Both the position numbers and the translations under genes were made by a program. The notes beneath the pieces were generated by a model. The model ran no database searches, was not told the DNA's origin, and worked only from the letters and a program-made list of their open reading frames with translations. 64,000 nucleotides of DNA, from contig JAUGWO010000144.1 of assembly GCA_049724395.1 (NCBI GenBank), forward strand, positions 1 to 64,000. The letters are read 5' to 3'. The first letter of the stretch is position 1. The number at the start of each line of letters is the position of its first letter. Source of the stretch: Spongospora subterranea f. sp. subterranea (lineage: Eukaryota). This document shows, one piece after another, positions 62,950 to 64,000 of this stretch.

Positions 62950-63850
62950 TTATCGGAAATTGATAATCAACATTTTTTGCCATCTTTTTCCGCCCATTGT
63001 TTCTTCAAGTCTTCAATGACATCCGCTGGTATTCGACGATGTGACTTGTATTGTTTGCAAGCGAATACACACCTTTTTTCCGGGTCATCCATCTTCGAAC
63101 TGTTTTCAAAGAAACACCAGAAAACCCGTTGACAGTTAAATAGGAATCCAGCCGATCCTTGAATTGCACAGGATTTGTTCGACGGCGAGAATCAAGTACA
63201 TTGAGGCAGTCCTGTCTAACAAAGCTGATTTCAATGATGCGATCCTTTTTTGGATGGTTTCCGATACGAGAAAGAGAAAGTTCTCCTGTGCGCTTATAAG
63301 CAGCCGCAAGGTATCGAAGACGCCTGGCGCAATACTTGCCTAAACGAATTTTATCACATGACCAAACTTGAGGGAAATATAGCAAATACCTTTTCCGAAA
63401 AAAGTTCGTGCAATCGTCAAAGAATGTTTGATGTTTGCCGATGTTCCTATGAAAGTTTTCTGAAAATATCTCTCAATACCCCTAAGCCATAACACTTGAG
63501 TATCAGTGTTTGGGAGTCTTTTGAACTTGAAAATATCTTGGCGAATAGTTGCAATGATATCGTTGTCTTGGAAAGTTGATTGAGACTGATATACCGAAAA
63601 TGGTACTCCTTCACTACTTTCGGATTCGCGATATGTGGAATAAACAGTGTTATCGAGTATATCGGCTCCTGGGCAACCGATTGACTGTTGTGCTCGTTAT
63701 CATCGATATTTAGTCGACCTGCAGGTTTGAAGTACTCGAGAATCGAGTGATTCAAGGAAATATTCTTTCGCCGTTCAGCTTCTTTTCTGCGAACTGGACG
63801 TTCACTGATTCCTGTGTATCTCCTTCTTAAACAATTTGGCCCAATGGTCG
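62950..63850 (-). mobile_element. Decayed transposase remnant related to the 10.4-11.7 kb DGHER-type element
   Basis: RRYTGISERPVRR..SILEYFKP ~ KGYTGESRATKYRR..SINDFFKP; ARRLR..GNHPK; VSLKTVRRWM..KKGVY..IVEYQR. Confidence 0.6.
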
Positions 63851-64000
63851 AATAGCAGGTCGGTCCACTTCTTCATGCTCATTTCCCTTGTCTGTTTCAT
63901 CGCTTGTAGTTTCGGTCAAACTGCTTTGGCTGCTACCCTCACTCGCAGAGGTATGGGAATCTGAACTGCACACATCTTCCACGAGATGCATTGACTCATG

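Overview
Eukaryotic nuclear DNA with dense genes and mostly short (~45-60 nt) GT-AG introns. It comes from a flagellated and probably amoeboid protist (enkurin, ABP34-like actin bundler, hevein-like domains). A plasmodiophorid/Phytomyxea origin is a plausible inference, not proven. Bases 1-11.7 kb are a decayed transposon cluster around a tRNA-Asp(GTC) gene: a LINE with RNase H, a Ty1/copia split by nested pogo and Ty3/gypsy fragments, an IS630/Tc1/mariner-type remnant, a MITE-like element and two long hairpins. Bases 13-57 kb are gene-rich: CaMKK-like kinase, Acinus, TBC1D5, EEP hydrolase, ALDH7, a secreted 4x hevein-like/mucin-stalk/tyrosinase, MnmE, a membrane protein with bacterial-type Ig-like repeats, ABP34-like, PP4R3, RING-H2 E3, enkurin, RhoGEF and an intronless bacterial-type argF. 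Bases 59-64 kb hold a fold-back rearranged copia gag, a two-RRM SR protein and a second Tc1/mariner-type remnant. The best leads are the hevein-tyrosinase, the gag fold-back (possible silencing/restriction locus), argF as a horizontal-transfer candidate, the Ig-repeat protein, GATCG-enriched compartments and candidate poison splice acceptors in two splicing regulators. Exon boundaries and gene ends were read by eye and are approximate. Family assignments come from motif recognition, not database searches.
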